A DNA stretch of 63,086 nt, the filler included, from Hyphochytrium catenoides (Eukaryota; Protista; Hyphochytriomycota), in assembly GCA_900088475.1 (NCBI GenBank). It is 10 parts of 10 records of this genome, joined end to end, with 100 filler letters (N's around TTAATTAATTAA, not from the genome) between each part and the next. Parts side by side here need not be neighbours in the genome. Positions count along the whole stretch, not along the records: positions 61,757 to 63,086 come from FLMG01000750.1; 9 more parts are not named here. The stretch is one strand, 5' to 3'. The position numbers and the translations under genes are program-made. The notes under the pieces were generated by a model. The model did no database searches and was not told where the DNA came from. It saw nothing but the letters and a program-made list of their open reading frames with translations. Of this stretch, positions 61,904-63,086 are shown piece by piece (the first letter of the stretch is position 1; each line of letters starts with the position of its first letter).

Positions 61904-63086
61904 CTACGACGAGGAGAGGAGGAAGATAACCTGGTTGAACTGTCTACTATATAACGAGGCTCTCTCTTTCCTCCATGGCTTCTCGGCCTCCAACAGGAGA
62001 GAGAGACACTCTCTCTTTCTCCTCTCCGCCTGTGCTATGTCTCTCGCTGTCTCTCCCCGGTAGTTAACGTCATGATGGATCCGTGCTCCTGCCCTTAGTA
62101 AGCGCCTCAAGAAAGATCTCATTAGTGTTCCCTCTGTAGGCTGCCCACATCAGCGGAGTCGCTAATATATGAGGAGGAGGAGGAGGAAAGGATGCCGAAC
62201 AGGAAGAGAAGACGGACGGAGAGAGAGAAGAAGAAGAACAGCGAGTGGAAGGCGAGAGAGAGAAAGAGGTTTGGCCCCGCTACTGCCTTCAAAAGCAAGA
62301 TGTTATCTCCTCCGAGTTTTTCTCTGCAGCGATGATAAGGGGAGCTATAGAGTTGAAGGAGTATATAATAAGACACATTCACGTCTGCGTCGAGAAGGAG
62401 GAGAGATATGAAAGAGGGACTTCTCTTTCTCTCTCTCTATCGCTTCCAACAGCGCTGTCCATTCGTCTTCTGCTCTATCGTTCACATTATTGGTCCCTAA
62501 GAGAAGACGTTAGGGATGTGCGGAGCAATAAGGAGACAGCAAAGAGAGACCTGGCCAGCGATAGAGCCCAGTAATAAGGTTATATCATTCAAAAAACTGC
62601 ATCTCCACGACGACGTTGGAGCGGAAGGTGCGCAGTATATTAGGGCTGTTCGTTATCCTCCCAAAGACCTCTTCAAATTTAGCACTGGTATTGGAGAGGT
62701 AGTAGCTCTTCGCGGACCCATCTTCTATCAGCTGTACAAGAATGCTATCTCCAGAGTCAGAAGAAGAATCGGCATATAATAGAAGAGAGAAGGATGATTT
62801 GATATGATGGTTCTTTATATATTACGGACTAATAACTCGTTTCTTCTCTCTGCCTAATATTTTAATAATAACCCACCACCATAAGTAATTTGCAGCCGCC
62901 ATCCAAACAAATAATAAAGCGTCTCTACCCTCGCTCTCACTTGTTTTTTCGCGCTCACGCTCTTGCTCTATCTCTACCATCCGCAACCCTCGCCACTGCT
63001 CATCAGGTCCAGAAGATGGCCAGGAGCGGAGCGGAGTAGTAGTGATGATGTCCCTTATTGCAAATAAGTTCATCATCGCTCAACTC
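61904..63086 (-). pseudogene. Frameshifted ankyrin-repeat gene
   Basis: Ankyrin pieces occur in changing frames: 'EGRDALLFVWMAAA', 'NVNDRAEDEWTALLEAI', 'PLIIAAEKN', 'TPLMWAAYRGN' and 'LLRAGARIHHDVNYRGETARDIA..CLSLL'. Confidence 0.7.

Overview
This window is eukaryotic nuclear DNA from a probably flagellated protist. A stramenopile-like affinity is inferred from domain architectures only. It is a concatenation of 10 scaffolds joined by artificial 100-bp spacers (44N-TTAATTAATTAA-44N): 1-24169, 24270-35729, 35830-44855, 44956-46148, 46249-47378, 47479-49247, 49348-50821, 50922-58549, 58650-61656 and 61757-63086. Most entries in the ORF track are artefacts of (CT)n/(GA)n microsatellites; the real genes are GT-AG spliced and use the standard code. 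Genes reconstructed by hand are: a centrosomin-like CM1 coiled-coil gene, a 1236-aa intronless signal-peptide/TM/IQ protein, CEP104, an EF-hand-like+SH2 protein, an IQ/WW/B-box protein, a 2xPDZ-TLDc protein, a SCYL1-like fragment, threonine aldolase, MSH2, a MAP3K-type kinase with two SH3 domains, two multi-TM proteins and an ankyrin pseudogene. Mobile DNA comprises decayed CRE-like (RLE) non-LTR retrotransposons and Copia fragments, both in inverted arrangements. The most striking item is an intronless, secreted DUF4360 gene of actinobacterial type sitting in a decayed repeat region, a horizontal-transfer candidate. No rRNA, tRNA or CRISPR array was recognised. Family assignments come from motif recognition, not database searches.
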